Part shown: positions 54,225 to 63,700 of the stretch, piece by piece
Layout of the letters: each line of letters starts with the position of its first letter
How positions within the stretch are numbered: the first letter of the stretch is position 1
Origin: an uncultured virus (IMG/VR IMGVR_UViG_3300011008_000050)
Taxonomy: Duplodnaviria > Heunggongvirae > Uroviricota > Caudoviricetes
Direction: 5' to 3' (one strand)
Length of the DNA: 64,000 bases
Virus record (IMG/VR): IMGVR_UViG_3300011008_000050
Notes under the pieces: generated by a model
Databases searched by the model: none
What the model saw: only the letters and a program-made list of their open reading frames with translations
Told to the model about the DNA's origin: nothing
Position numbers and translations under genes: made by a program

Positions 54225-54818
54225 CTGAACAGCACGAACCGAGAAACCATAGTACCGAGTGTCGTAGATCTGCGGACTGACATTCGAACTATAGAAGTAC
54301 AAGTAGTATGCGCCGGAACTACCGCGGAACGAGGCAGACCAGTAGCTCCCGAGGGAACCACGACTGTAGAGCGACGTACCATAGTAGTAGCCAGCAGCAG
54401 GCAAGAAAATAGAATTGCCGTTAATCTTAGAGGTGAATAGACAGCCCTTCTTTCCCTTCACATCGACCCAACTACGTTTGCAGTTGTCGTAAAGTTCTTG
54501 GAAGTCTTCTTTCGTAGGCATGTGCCAGTCGCCACCAAGCATAGCGTGAGCGGCATCGTGTTCAAGCGGCAGATCAGTATCTATCTTCGATGCTGGTCTA
54601 TCTTCGTAGTCTGACCGATAGAATGTGTCATCACTACCATCCTCATGCCCCTCAGTGTCACCCCATGCGAAATAGAGTCCGCTTTCGTTAGGAGTGTTGG
54701 CTCCAAGATTCATATTTGCCCATTTACGTCCAGATGGCAAGCCAAGGTCAACGGCTTCGAGTGACGGGGTGGCGGTGTGCACCCTTGCTTCTTGGTTTTC
54801 TGAAAGTTCTTGTTTCAT
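54222..54818 (-). CDS. Standalone lectin-like domain protein, remote DGR target 2
   Basis: VDLGLPSGRKWANMNLGA...FLPAAG...GFSVRAVQ; paralog of the tail protein C-terminal domain. Confidence 0.9.
   Translation of the reverse strand: MKQELSENQEARVHTATPSLEAVDLGLPSGRKWANMNLGANTPNESGLYFAWGDTEGHEDGSDDTFYRSDYEDRPASKIDTDLPLEHDAAHAMLGGDWHMPTKEDFQELYDNCKRSWVDVKGKKGCLFTSKINGNSIFLPAAGYYYGTSLYSRGSLGSYWSASFRGSSGAYYLYFYSSNVSPQIYDTRYYGFSVRAVQ
54225..54410 (-). repeat. DGR variable region VR2
   Basis: 186-bp ungapped match to TR; 21 mismatches, all at TR adenines. Confidence 0.97.
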
Positions 54819-54834
54819 AATGATTTTACAGGTG

Positions 54835-55683
54835 TTAATGGTGGCTGTTGTCAGTCACAGGTGAAACTTGTTTTGTTTTTGTTGTAGGTGGTGGTACGGC
54901 TTCTGCAACTCGTTTTTCGTATTCCTTTTCCCAAGCTTTCCTTTCGAGTTCACGCTGGATGGCTTCTTCTTCAAGTCTGGCTTTTTGTGGATTGAGACGC
55001 TGTTCGTGCTCTTTCCATTTTTTGAGTGCGACGGTGAAGTACTTCCATTTTTTGCGGAAGGGTTCGTTGGCTGCGATTTCGAGACAGGCTTGTTCGAGGC
55101 GGCGCAGGGTGCCATAGAGACACTTGATTTCCGTCCATCCATCTTCGCTGGGTGGTCTCATACGGGTGAGTTCCGGCGCGTTCTTTTGCAGCCAGCCTTC
55201 AAAGTCGCTGTAGGTGAGCTTGGTTTTGCCTTTTGTGGCTGGTTTTGGAGTCTCGCATGGCGGCACAGCATCAGCGTCAGAGGTGTCGCAGGGCGGTGCC
55301 TGGGTGTCTGTATTGGTGCTGGTCTGTTTGCGGCTGTTTGCGGTGGCTTCACCTCCTCTTCTTCCTGCCTCCGCCCTTGTCTTGCTAATAGATTCCCTTT
55401 TACCCATTCTTTCGAGGAACGACTTGGAGTAGAAGAACTTATTGTCTTCAGTAAATTCAAATAACCCATAGTTCTCGACAACGGATTTTACGAGTGCAGC
55501 GTCTTCACGTAGGTCAAAGGCTATCAAGTTGTAATCTTTGGCACACATGTAGTCGTTTTCTTCGCGCATTCTTTCGAGTATCATGAAGTAAACTCCATAT
55601 CCTGCTGATTTGTGTTGCATTCGCAAGCGTATGAGCTTTTCATCGTTTCGCGCGTTGCTGTCGTGTGGGAAGTAGTTATGCAT
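54835..55683 (-). CDS. Putative replication initiator (DUF4373/Lin1244-like N-terminus)
   Basis: YFPHDSNARNDEKL...GYGVYFMILE motif. Confidence 0.75.
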   Translation of the reverse strand: MHNYFPHDSNARNDEKLIRLRMQHKSAGYGVYFMILERMREENDYMCAKDYNLIAFDLREDAALVKSVVENYGLFEFTEDNKFFYSKSFLERMGKRESISKTRAEAGRRGGEATANSRKQTSTNTDTQAPPCDTSDADAVPPCETPKPATKGKTKLTYSDFEGWLQKNAPELTRMRPPSEDGWTEIKCLYGTLRRLEQACLEIAANEPFRKKWKYFTVALKKWKEHEQRLNPQKARLEEEAIQRELERKAWEKEYEKRVAEAVPPPTTKTKQVSPVTDNSHH

Positions 55684-55696
55684 GGCTTTAGGGTTT

Positions 55697-56137
55697 TTAT
55701 TTGGAATTGCCAGGGAGGTGGGAATCGGATAGATAGTTGTTGATTTCGCGCATGAAGTCGTAGAGTGAGCGGCATACGACGTATTTGTAGCCGTCTTGCT
55801 CGATGAGTCGTTGCCAGGAGCGTTGCGTGTCGGCCTGGCGACCCGTGCGTGTCTTCATTTCGATGAGGAGTGCGCCGTGATGTGCGTTGGGCTTGAGCAG
55901 GATGAGGTCTGCGACTCCGGGGAGTACGCCTTCTGCCTTCATCTTGGCAGCAGTCACCTTGTCACGATGGCCACCGTTTGGGACGGCGAAGAGGTTGTGG
56001 CGGCAGTGTGGGTATTGATAGCGGAACCACTGGAGGCAAGCGCACTGGATGCGGTGCTCTTCATCGTCAGGACGCTTGCGCGACTTTGTTCTTTGTCGCG
56101 CAAGCATCTGTTCAAAGGTTTGTCGGAGATTGCTCAT
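55697..56137 (-). CDS. VRR-NUC nuclease
   Basis: EH.IQ, AVPNGG, GVADL, IEMK and Q..WQ motifs. Confidence 0.85.
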   Translation of the reverse strand: MSNLRQTFEQMLARQRTKSRKRPDDEEHRIQCACLQWFRYQYPHCRHNLFAVPNGGHRDKVTAAKMKAEGVLPGVADLILLKPNAHHGALLIEMKTRTGRQADTQRSWQRLIEQDGYKYVVCRSLYDFMREINNYLSDSHLPGNSK

Positions 56138-56904
56138 TACACTTCGATGATGGGGATCTCAGGAGCGAACTCCCTGATAAGGTTAATCTGTTCGTCAATG
56201 AGGCGGTCGCGCACTTCCTCAACGATGGATTCAGCATCAGGTGAAATCAATTCCAGTGCCACATCACGCCCGTTGACGGTTGCAATGACCTCAATCTCTA
56301 TCTCTTCGGGAGCAGCACCCTTATAGATGGGTATGCAGACCTTGAAGGAATCAGGGAGGTTGGAGTTGACCACCTTCTTATAGACATCGGTGACTGAGCC
56401 GTTATCCTTCTTCTCACGCTCGACCTCGGTCTCAATCTTGGCACGGAAGGCTTTCAGGTTGGAAACGAGAACCATGTTCTCGGCACGGTCTTTGAAGTAG
56501 GAGCGGTTGATGCGGAAGAAGTTTGCAAGGTCTTCGGGCATAAACTGAACGTCCATATTGACACCGAAAGCCTTGAACTGGCGAGACAACTCAATCTTGC
56601 CCGTAACGGTCATGATGTTGCGCTCGTCGGTCTCGTTGCAGACAAGCATCATCTTCAGGTTGTCACGGTCAACGACGATGTGAGTCCGTGCATGGTCAAT
56701 CTGCGGAACTTCTTCTTTTGAATCCATTGGTGCATCCCAACGCTTCTGAAGGAAAACGTATGGTGCCGTGATTGTACCAGTGATGCCAACCTTCTTAGGT
56801 TCCAAGATGGGTAGCGGCTCGTTGACGTGGTTGGTCTCACGAATGATCAGTTCCTTTACGGTTTCGCCCTCGGCGAAGTTGATGTTTAATTTCTCTGTGT
56901 CCAT
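56137..56904 (-). CDS. Hypothetical phage protein
   Basis: 255-aa ORF with typical codon usage, coupled to the VRR-NUC gene. Confidence 0.7.
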   Translation of the reverse strand: MDTEKLNINFAEGETVKELIIRETNHVNEPLPILEPKKVGITGTITAPYVFLQKRWDAPMDSKEEVPQIDHARTHIVVDRDNLKMMLVCNETDERNIMTVTGKIELSRQFKAFGVNMDVQFMPEDLANFFRINRSYFKDRAENMVLVSNLKAFRAKIETEVEREKKDNGSVTDVYKKVVNSNLPDSFKVCIPIYKGAAPEEIEIEVIATVNGRDVALELISPDAESIVEEVRDRLIDEQINLIREFAPEIPIIEV

Positions 56905-56937
56905 TGTTTTGTGGATTTTGATTGTTGATAAAGTTGT

Positions 56938-57534
56938 TTATTCTCCTTGTGTGGAAAGACTACGTGAAACGACGTTGGGAAGAATGGGCTTGACCCAAAC
57001 GTGTGAGCCATCAGCAAGCATAAGTTTCTTGCATCCGGGCATGTCAGGCTCATTCTCACCTTCATTGCAGCGACCAGCATCAATGATGGTAGTTCCAATG
57101 ATTGAATCGGTTTCGTTCTTCTGAGCCAGTTGCGCGTCCTGTGCTTCCTTTGAGCGCATTTCCTCCTTTGCATCGTCGATGCGCTGTGCGAGTGTGGCAA
57201 GATAGCCCGACATGGCATTGGACTGATTGACCAGCCTGTCCATAGACTTCTGCGGGAGCGCACGGAAATCCTCTGTGAGCATGAAAGCCGTAGCCTTCAG
57301 GAAATTGTCGCGTACCTGGGCGAACTCAATACGCATACGGTCGAGCCGTGTTTCCGAAGGCATGTAAGTCTCTTCAAACACAGACTTAGGCGACCATGAC
57401 TGATAGCCATCAGGATATTGGATGAAATAGCCCTCAGACTCCTTGCAGTCAATCGTGCGGTTCAACTTCTGTTCTGCTTCACTCTTTGCCATCGGCATAG
57501 CCTTGATGGTCTTCGTACCTGTGTACTGTTTCAT
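56938..57534 (-). CDS. Conserved phage protein (crAss001_48-like C-terminal helices)
   Basis: Y.GTK.IKA.PM, GY.I.YPDGY.SWSPK.VFE..Y and Q..AM..Y...L..RI motifs. Confidence 0.55.
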   Translation of the reverse strand: MKQYTGTKTIKAMPMAKSEAEQKLNRTIDCKESEGYFIQYPDGYQSWSPKSVFEETYMPSETRLDRMRIEFAQVRDNFLKATAFMLTEDFRALPQKSMDRLVNQSNAMSGYLATLAQRIDDAKEEMRSKEAQDAQLAQKNETDSIIGTTIIDAGRCNEGENEPDMPGCKKLMLADGSHVWVKPILPNVVSRSLSTQGE

Positions 57535-57593
57535 TTTGTTTTTTTGAATTTAATTGTTATTGACTGGTCGCCATGACATGGCGACATACTTAA

Positions 57594-58028
57594 CTACTCA
57601 TTAGCCGCCTTGCGCTGGACGGTGAAAAGAGTTGGCTGGCGCAGTTCCTCGCGTGTTGCCGGACGTGAGGAAACGAGGATTCCTTCTGCATTGTAGAAGC
57701 AAGCCATCTTTTCCTCTCGCTCGATGAAGCAATAGCACTTCTCGCGCACCGTCTTACCTTTGGACTTGATGTCAGCAAGTAGAGCCGTGCGTGTTTCTTT
57801 GAGCGGTTTCAGTTCAAGGTTCATGTTTGCACGATAATCCTTGATGTCTTCTTCGATGTCATTGATACGGATGCACGTCTCGGAAAGTTCAGTCTTCTTC
57901 CTTGCCAGTTCATCAGAATCAAATGCTTTGTGGTAGTCCATTTCCACCACGCTGTCTGCATTGTCGATGAGGAAGTTCTTTCGGGCTTCAAGGTCGGCAA
58001 TGTCCTGTCCTAATACTTTTTGAATCAT
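57594..58028 (-). CDS. Hypothetical coiled-coil protein
   Basis: 144-aa ORF. Confidence 0.7.
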   Translation of the reverse strand: MIQKVLGQDIADLEARKNFLIDNADSVVEMDYHKAFDSDELARKKTELSETCIRINDIEEDIKDYRANMNLELKPLKETRTALLADIKSKGKTVREKCYCFIEREEKMACFYNAEGILVSSRPATREELRQPTLFTVQRKAANE

Positions 58029-58084
58029 ACTTAAAAATTTTTATTGGGTTATTACTTCCATGCGGTAAAACCGCACGGCACACT

Positions 58085-58357
58085 TTACTTTACCTGTTCT
58101 TTCAGTTCCTTGCAGGGAATGAACTTCACGACCTTACGTTCAGGTACGGTGACAGAGGTTCCACGGGTGATGTTGCGGGCAGTCTTGGCGGCACGCTGCT
58201 CAATGCGGAATGTTCCGAATCCACGGAGATAGATGTTTTCTCCACGGAAGAATGCCCTTGTGGCAGAATGCATGAGTGCTTCGATGGCTTCAAGAGCCTG
58301 AGACTTCGTAAGTCTTGTGTTGCTGACCATTTCGTCAGCGAGGTCATTTTTTGTCAT
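58085..58357 (-). CDS. hup: HU/IHF-like DNA-binding protein
   Basis: MTKNDL...LRGFGTF...ARNITRG...VP..KVVKF.P.KELK. Confidence 0.9.
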   Translation of the reverse strand: MTKNDLADEMVSNTRLTKSQALEAIEALMHSATRAFFRGENIYLRGFGTFRIEQRAAKTARNITRGTSVTVPERKVVKFIPCKELKEQVK

Positions 58358-58544
58358 TGTCTTGTTGTTTTTTTAAGTTATTTGATAGTTTTTTTGTCAT
58401 AAGGCGCATGCGCCTTATGCGATTTTGCAAACGTAGTGTGCCAACCCCCATCTTGCGTTTACGTGCTACTTCCTGTTCCGTGAGGGTGGTGCCATCGATG
58501 AGAAACTGGATGATGTTCTTGATGTCTGTCTTGCTTATTTCCAT
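58344..58544 (-). CDS. Hypothetical small basic protein
   Basis: 66 aa, overlapping both neighbours in the operon. Confidence 0.55.
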   Translation of the reverse strand: MEISKTDIKNIIQFLIDGTTLTEQEVARKRKMGVGTLRLQNRIRRMRLMTKKLSNNLKKQQDNDKK

Positions 58545-60013
58545 GATGTTATTGTTTTCTCGTCGGCAAAACCGTCGGGTACAGTGTTTTTTTCTGTTTC
58601 GTCGGCAAAACCGTTGGGCACAGTGAATAATGAGGTGACCAGTTCGTCGAAGTAGGCTTCGGAGGTTGGAATGTCATCGTCGGAGGCCATGATTTGGCTT
58701 GCGATGGACTTTTTACGATGGATGATGTTGTAGAGCGCGAAGTCGATGGTTGCCCTGCCAATGAGGTAGTAGCAGGTCACGTTGTCACGTTGTCCGATGC
58801 GGTGTGCACGGTCTTCGCACTGGCAGCAGTCGGCATAGGTCCATGGGAATTCCACGAAAGCGACATTGGACGATGCTGTGAGGGTGAGGCCGACACCAGC
58901 AGCCTTGATGGAGCAGATGATGAGCCTGGCATGGCCGGACTGAAAGGCATCGACGGCAGCTTGTTTTGCCGTGAGGCTGTCACGCCCTGTAACACGGACG
59001 GCATGAGGGAAGGCACGGCAGAGGGCATCCACGATGTCGTGATAGGAGCAGAAGATGATGAGCTGCTTGCCTGATGCGAGGAAGTTTCGGGTAAAGTCGA
59101 TGGCCTGTTTCACTTTTCCCATGGCTGAGAGTGAGCGTAGTGTCATGAACTTGACCAGTGCTTCCATGCGCATTTTTCGCCGTATCTCAACATCGGTGCA
59201 CTCCTTGTACTGGCGAAGGTATTCAGCGAGATTGGTGGCAGCAAGGTTGTATTCGTCGCGGTTGGAAATATCGACGTAGAGGTCGCAGCGTGTCTTTTCG
59301 GGCAGTTCCGTCAGGACTTTTGCCTTTTCCCTGCGGATGAGGCAGGAGGAATAGAGCCGTGATGAAAGTTCGTTCAGGTTCTCGCCGTCGCCATACATGG
59401 AGAGGAAAGCTCCCTTTCCACCGAACTCGCTCAGGCGGTTCATGATGGAGAGTTGTGAGACGAGGTCTTCAGGACGGTTGACCACAGGTGTTCCTGACAG
59501 GAGTATGCACCAGCGTTTGCCTGTTGCAATGCCCTTGGTGAAGATGGTCTGCCCGGTAGAGGGGTCTTTCACACGATGTGATTCGTCGATGATGATGGAC
59601 TTGAAGAGTTTGATGTGTGGGCAGAAGACAACGTCTTTGAGGCGAAAGGACTTGCCGCCCTTGATGTCCCAGACGAAGAACTTGCGCAGGGATTCATAGT
59701 TGACAATGGCGACATGGTGCATCTTCATTTGCAGCAGGTACGGCCAGGTGGTGCGGGTGTTATTGTCGAGAACGAGGGCTTTCTTGTCGGTGAACTTCTC
59801 GAATTCGCGCTGCCAGTTGATTTTTAGCGAGGAAGGACAGATAACGAGGCATGGATAGGCGTTGGCTGTATCTACGATGCCGATGGATTGCAGTGTCTTG
59901 CCAAGGCCTGGTTCATCGCCGATGATAAGGCGTTGCTTTTGAAGCCCGAAGCGTATGCCCTCCAGCTGGTAGGGGTAGGGCTGCACTTTTAGATGATGTT
60001 GAAGTTCTGTCAT
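58535..60013 (-). CDS. SNF2/HARP-like helicase
   Basis: DEPGLGKT, DESH, LSGTP and QCEDRAHRIGQ motifs. Confidence 0.92.
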   Translation of the reverse strand: MTELQHHLKVQPYPYQLEGIRFGLQKQRLIIGDEPGLGKTLQSIGIVDTANAYPCLVICPSSLKINWQREFEKFTDKKALVLDNNTRTTWPYLLQMKMHHVAIVNYESLRKFFVWDIKGGKSFRLKDVVFCPHIKLFKSIIIDESHRVKDPSTGQTIFTKGIATGKRWCILLSGTPVVNRPEDLVSQLSIMNRLSEFGGKGAFLSMYGDGENLNELSSRLYSSCLIRREKAKVLTELPEKTRCDLYVDISNRDEYNLAATNLAEYLRQYKECTDVEIRRKMRMEALVKFMTLRSLSAMGKVKQAIDFTRNFLASGKQLIIFCSYHDIVDALCRAFPHAVRVTGRDSLTAKQAAVDAFQSGHARLIICSIKAAGVGLTLTASSNVAFVEFPWTYADCCQCEDRAHRIGQRDNVTCYYLIGRATIDFALYNIIHRKKSIASQIMASDDDIPTSEAYFDELVTSLFTVPNGFADETEKNTVPDGFADEKTITSWK

Positions 60014-60044
60014 ATTCTTCTGTTGGGTTCTGACGGCAGAAGCG

Positions 60045-60725
60045 TCAGGCGCAGTTTAAGTTAAGACACCAATACTGGAAAGCCAGTTCTTCATACTTGG
60101 CACGTCCACGCTCATAGGTGGCATCGCCACGATGTATGAAGTGCTTGAAGACACGGTTTGTTTTCTTGCTGATGGCGTAGATGAAGTCACGGTCGGTGCC
60201 GGCAATGTCCATGTACCAGGCGCGGCTGCGGTCCCAGTCGAAGAAGTCAATGGCTTCTTCAAACTCCTTCTGTGTTGAGGCGAAAGTGGTTTTGAGGTCT
60301 CCGCCAATGTTGACACCAACCTTTTCTTTCGGTAGCCACCAGTCCCATTTGCACCGTGTATCAAGCATGAAGGGAAACTGACTATACTCAAATCGTTGGT
60401 TCAGACGCACCATGATGTGCTGCGTGTTGGCTTCATTGAGGACGATATTGAGGAACTGGTCTTTTATCGCTTCCCTTCTAAGTGCACCGAACATTTCCTC
60501 TGCATGGCGAAACTCGTCTTCCGTGTACTGTTCATCATCGACGGTGAGGGTGTAGAAGTTGACCCGTTTCGGCTCTGTGATGATGGCATCGACGAGGTTA
60601 CCGAATCGGAAGGCTGTCTCGCGGTCTCCGAACTGGAGGCGAGGGTGCAGAAGGTTTTTGAGGGTGGTGAGGTCTGAGTTGGAGACCTCACTACGGTGAT
60701 AGTATGTGTCGGGGTTGGAGCTCAT
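60045..60725 (-). CDS. PD-(D/E)XK exonuclease (RecE/DUF3799-like)
   Basis: SNSDL, FG..VD, RCKWD, DLKTT and RAWY motifs; near recT. Confidence 0.7.
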   Translation of the reverse strand: MSSNPDTYYHRSEVSNSDLTTLKNLLHPRLQFGDRETAFRFGNLVDAIITEPKRVNFYTLTVDDEQYTEDEFRHAEEMFGALRREAIKDQFLNIVLNEANTQHIMVRLNQRFEYSQFPFMLDTRCKWDWWLPKEKVGVNIGGDLKTTFASTQKEFEEAIDFFDWDRSRAWYMDIAGTDRDFIYAISKKTNRVFKHFIHRGDATYERGRAKYEELAFQYWCLNLNCA

Positions 60726-60768
60726 GCGCTTTCTTTATTTATCCCTGCGGCAGAACCGCAGGGCACAG

Positions 60769-61965
60769 TTACTTTGCTTTGACTTCGTCTTCGTAGGAGA
60801 TGTGTTCGGACTTGATGATTGTTCCTTCTTTTGCCATCTTTTCGCAGAATGTGATTTGCTTCTTGAATATCTTTGTCAGTTCTTCGATTGGAAGTTTGCA
60901 GCCTTCGGAAAGCCACCACATGCTGAATATTTCAGGGAAAGCTTCGGCATTGAGGGGAACGAGTCTTTTTTTGACTTGTGTCTTTGGCTGGTAGGCTGGG
61001 GCGGAGATTTGGGCTGCATCGAACAATCCTTTGATTTCAGTCTGTTTGGCTTGCATTTCTGCTTCCTTTCTCTGTTGTTGTTCCCGCTTTGCGCGTTCTT
61101 CGGCCAGCCTTGCAGCTTCTGCTGCATCTTTTTCGGCCATTTCCTTGCGGATGCGTTCTGCTTCTTCTGCGTTTGCGCTTGCGGCTTTTTCCAGTTCCTG
61201 GCGCTTAGATGGCATGAGGTCGAGGATGCGCTGGCGTTCAGCTGTCATTGCCTGTTCGAACTCTTTCTTGAAGGATGGTAGTAGTTGCTGGAGTGTGTCT
61301 TCACGTATCTGCTTCAACTCGTCTGCATCTATGAGGCCAGCCAGTGGGAGCGGGGCGGAAGAACGTACTGTCTGTGTGTAATCTTCAGGGAAAAAGTGGA
61401 CTGTATTTTGAATTTCAGCCAGACGCTGTTCGTAGTTGTCGAGGCTAACGGTTGTGAACAGTCCCTGCAGCCCTTCGATGTGGAAATCAAGAAAGCCTTG
61501 GAAGTCATTGCGGTAGTCGCTATCGCAGTCGGAGCGGTACTTGGCTTTGGCTTGTTCTATTTGCTGGCGACGCATGGCTTCACGCTGGCGTTGCGCTTCT
61601 TCTTCACGTTTCTTGGCTGCGTATCGGTTGCGTTCCTGCTGGATGAGGAAGGGGACGGTTCCGCTTTTTGTAAGGTCGATGGCGTTCTCCATGCCTGTGA
61701 ACTGGGTGCGGATGTCGTCGAAGAGTTTTGTGAGCGGTGAACGCTTGTCGTTCATCTTTCGGATAGTCTTTCGGGCTTTCTCTATGAAGATGGCGGCTTG
61801 CTGGTCGAGTTCGTCGGTCATGCCTTGTTGCATCTTTGCCAGCAGTTGTTTGCCAGCTTCGATGCAGCGGTCACGGCTGACAGCGTTTTCGTTGAAGGCG
61901 GCTGGAGCCGAGGACACAATGGTGTCGATGTTTTCCTTTCGGATGATTGCGAAATCTGTATGCAT
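60769..61965 (-). CDS. Coiled-coil phage protein (recombination module)
   Basis: 398-aa helical protein between recT and the exonuclease. Confidence 0.65.
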   Translation of the reverse strand: MHTDFAIIRKENIDTIVSSAPAAFNENAVSRDRCIEAGKQLLAKMQQGMTDELDQQAAIFIEKARKTIRKMNDKRSPLTKLFDDIRTQFTGMENAIDLTKSGTVPFLIQQERNRYAAKKREEEAQRQREAMRRQQIEQAKAKYRSDCDSDYRNDFQGFLDFHIEGLQGLFTTVSLDNYEQRLAEIQNTVHFFPEDYTQTVRSSAPLPLAGLIDADELKQIREDTLQQLLPSFKKEFEQAMTAERQRILDLMPSKRQELEKAASANAEEAERIRKEMAEKDAAEAARLAEERAKREQQQRKEAEMQAKQTEIKGLFDAAQISAPAYQPKTQVKKRLVPLNAEAFPEIFSMWWLSEGCKLPIEELTKIFKKQITFCEKMAKEGTIIKSEHISYEDEVKAK

Positions 61966-61983
61966 GATTGTATGTGTGTTAAG

Positions 61984-62988
61984 TTAGAATGTTCCATCAT
62001 CTTCACCTGCAGCACCAGCAGAAGGGTCAACTGTCACACCTGCTGATGTGTCGGCAGGGTTGCCGAAGGGTGTATTTGTGTCTTGTGGCATGACCTGGTC
62101 TTGCTGTCCTTCCACATGATAGAAATCATCAATGTTGGCCTGTTCCTCTTCTGGCTGCTGTGACTCCAGTTCGGCCTTTCCGATACGCATTTTCGGATAG
62201 GTCTTGAAGGCGTGTTTGATGAGTTTGGCACAGAGGAAGCCGCTGTCTATTTTACCGTTGTTGGCTGTGTAGAGTGCATTGGGAACTTCTATATACTTGT
62301 TGGCATTGGCATCCCACTTCTTGTTTGCCTTTCCGGAATAGGTCAGCAGACGCATCCAGTCTTCTTCCAGCATGACTGCGTAGTCGATGGAACCGTCTGA
62401 GCGAGTGATGCGGAGGTAGGCGGCAATGACGTGGTTTGACGTGTGAGGGAGGTGGCAGGTGTAGGATACTTGCTTTCGTCCGTCCTGGTCGGAAAACGAG
62501 AAGTTGTCTTCCTCATAGACGAGGACGGGATTGTCGGCATGACGAATCTGCCCGGAACGTGCGCGAAGCACCAATTCGCCGTAGCCGCTGATGGTAAGCA
62601 CGAGGCGACCTTCATACTGGTACATGATGTTGCCCTGACGGTCACGCAGGGGCTGTCCGCTGGTGTCGAGCTTTGGGACGTTGGTCTTGTAGTTGCGTCC
62701 CATGAGGTAGCAGAGTGCACGGGCACCTGGTTCTAATGACAGGCCGCAGACGGCGAGGTCGATGAACGATGTGAAGATGGAGAACTTGGATGCCTTCTGC
62801 AACTTCTCATCATCACGAAGGATGGCATTGAAGTGGATGCTTTCGCGCTGATAGGCTGGTTCTCCGCTACCAGCACCCCAAAGGGTGTCGTGAATCTGGA
62901 TGAAGCGTGTGCGCACGGCTTCTGACTGGATGATGTCGAGGGGGTTGAGCTTGTTGATTTGCTCAATGGTAAGTTGAATGCTACTCAT
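61984..62988 (-). CDS. recT: RecT-like single-strand annealing protein
   Basis: GLSLEP...CYL, ISGYGEL.L..RSG and K.IKHAFK..P motifs, acidic tail; start at ATG 62988. Confidence 0.8.
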   Translation of the reverse strand: MSSIQLTIEQINKLNPLDIIQSEAVRTRFIQIHDTLWGAGSGEPAYQRESIHFNAILRDDEKLQKASKFSIFTSFIDLAVCGLSLEPGARALCYLMGRNYKTNVPKLDTSGQPLRDRQGNIMYQYEGRLVLTISGYGELVLRARSGQIRHADNPVLVYEEDNFSFSDQDGRKQVSYTCHLPHTSNHVIAAYLRITRSDGSIDYAVMLEEDWMRLLTYSGKANKKWDANANKYIEVPNALYTANNGKIDSGFLCAKLIKHAFKTYPKMRIGKAELESQQPEEEQANIDDFYHVEGQQDQVMPQDTNTPFGNPADTSAGVTVDPSAGAAGEDDGTF

Positions 62989-63054
62989 GATGTTTTGTTT
63001 TTTTATTGTTAATACTGGCTGCGGCAGAGCCACAGCATACTGAACACTAATTGT

Positions 63055-63136
63055 TGGTGCCAAGGAGTGGAGTCGAACCACCAACGGGACCAAATCTTAT
63101 GTGCAGCGCGTACCTTCTTATGCTGCCTTCCTTGGC
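63055..63136 (-). ncRNA. tRNA-like element (acceptor stem, T arm and CCA; non-canonical interior)
   Basis: GCCAAGG...GGTGG-TTCGACT-CCACT-CCTTGGC-A-CCA. Confidence 0.55.
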
Positions 63137-63156
63137 TTTTGTTAATACTAATTTTT

Positions 63157-63257
63157 TTGTGGGAAGCGGCGGAATCGAACCGCCGTCCGAAAAGAAGCTT
63201 TTTGAAACTGAAACACAAAACTCTTGAACAGGACCTGCTTCTTTCGCCGTTCTTCCC
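63157..63257 (-). ncRNA. tRNA-like/tmRNA-TLD-like element
   Basis: GGGAAG...long stem CGAAAGAAGC/GCTTCTTTTCG...GGAC-GGCGG-TTCGATT-CCGCC-GCTTCCC-A. Confidence 0.45.
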
Positions 63258-63376
63258 GTGTGTGGGGCTATGGCCGCTTGCCGTTGAGACTTTCCATAGC
63301 CCCGGTGTTGTCCGTGCTGTTGCGGACTGTCATCGGTTTATGGCCTTTACAGGGGGATTCCCTTCCGCTGGCTTTT

Positions 63377-63676
63377 CTATGATAGCATGAATGGGTCGTG
63401 GTAGAACTGGCTGCTGAGGTCTGAGGGGCAGGGTTGTCCGGGACGGCCTTTGCAGAGTCTCTCTTGGCCGCCTGTACGTCTGTGGGTGTGGAGATAACAG
63501 TTGGGTATGCAGCGGTAGCCGTTGCGTACAATGTTGACAGTCTCTGTAATGTCAGCCTGAATTTTCGCGTCGGCTTCTCTGATGGCATCCGCTGTTTTTC
63601 TTTTTCGTGGCTTCTGCCAGCCTTGCACTGGTCGCTGTGCGTGGATGTGGTTGAGGGTTTTCTTGATTCTTGTCAT
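63377..63676 (-). CDS. Hypothetical protein
   Basis: 99 aa with an A-rich leader, between tRNA-like elements. Confidence 0.45.
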   Translation of the reverse strand: MTRIKKTLNHIHAQRPVQGWQKPRKRKTADAIREADAKIQADITETVNIVRNGYRCIPNCYLHTHRRTGGQERLCKGRPGQPCPSDLSSQFYHDPFMLS

Positions 63677-63700
63677 GGTTGATGTTTTTTATTGTTTTGC

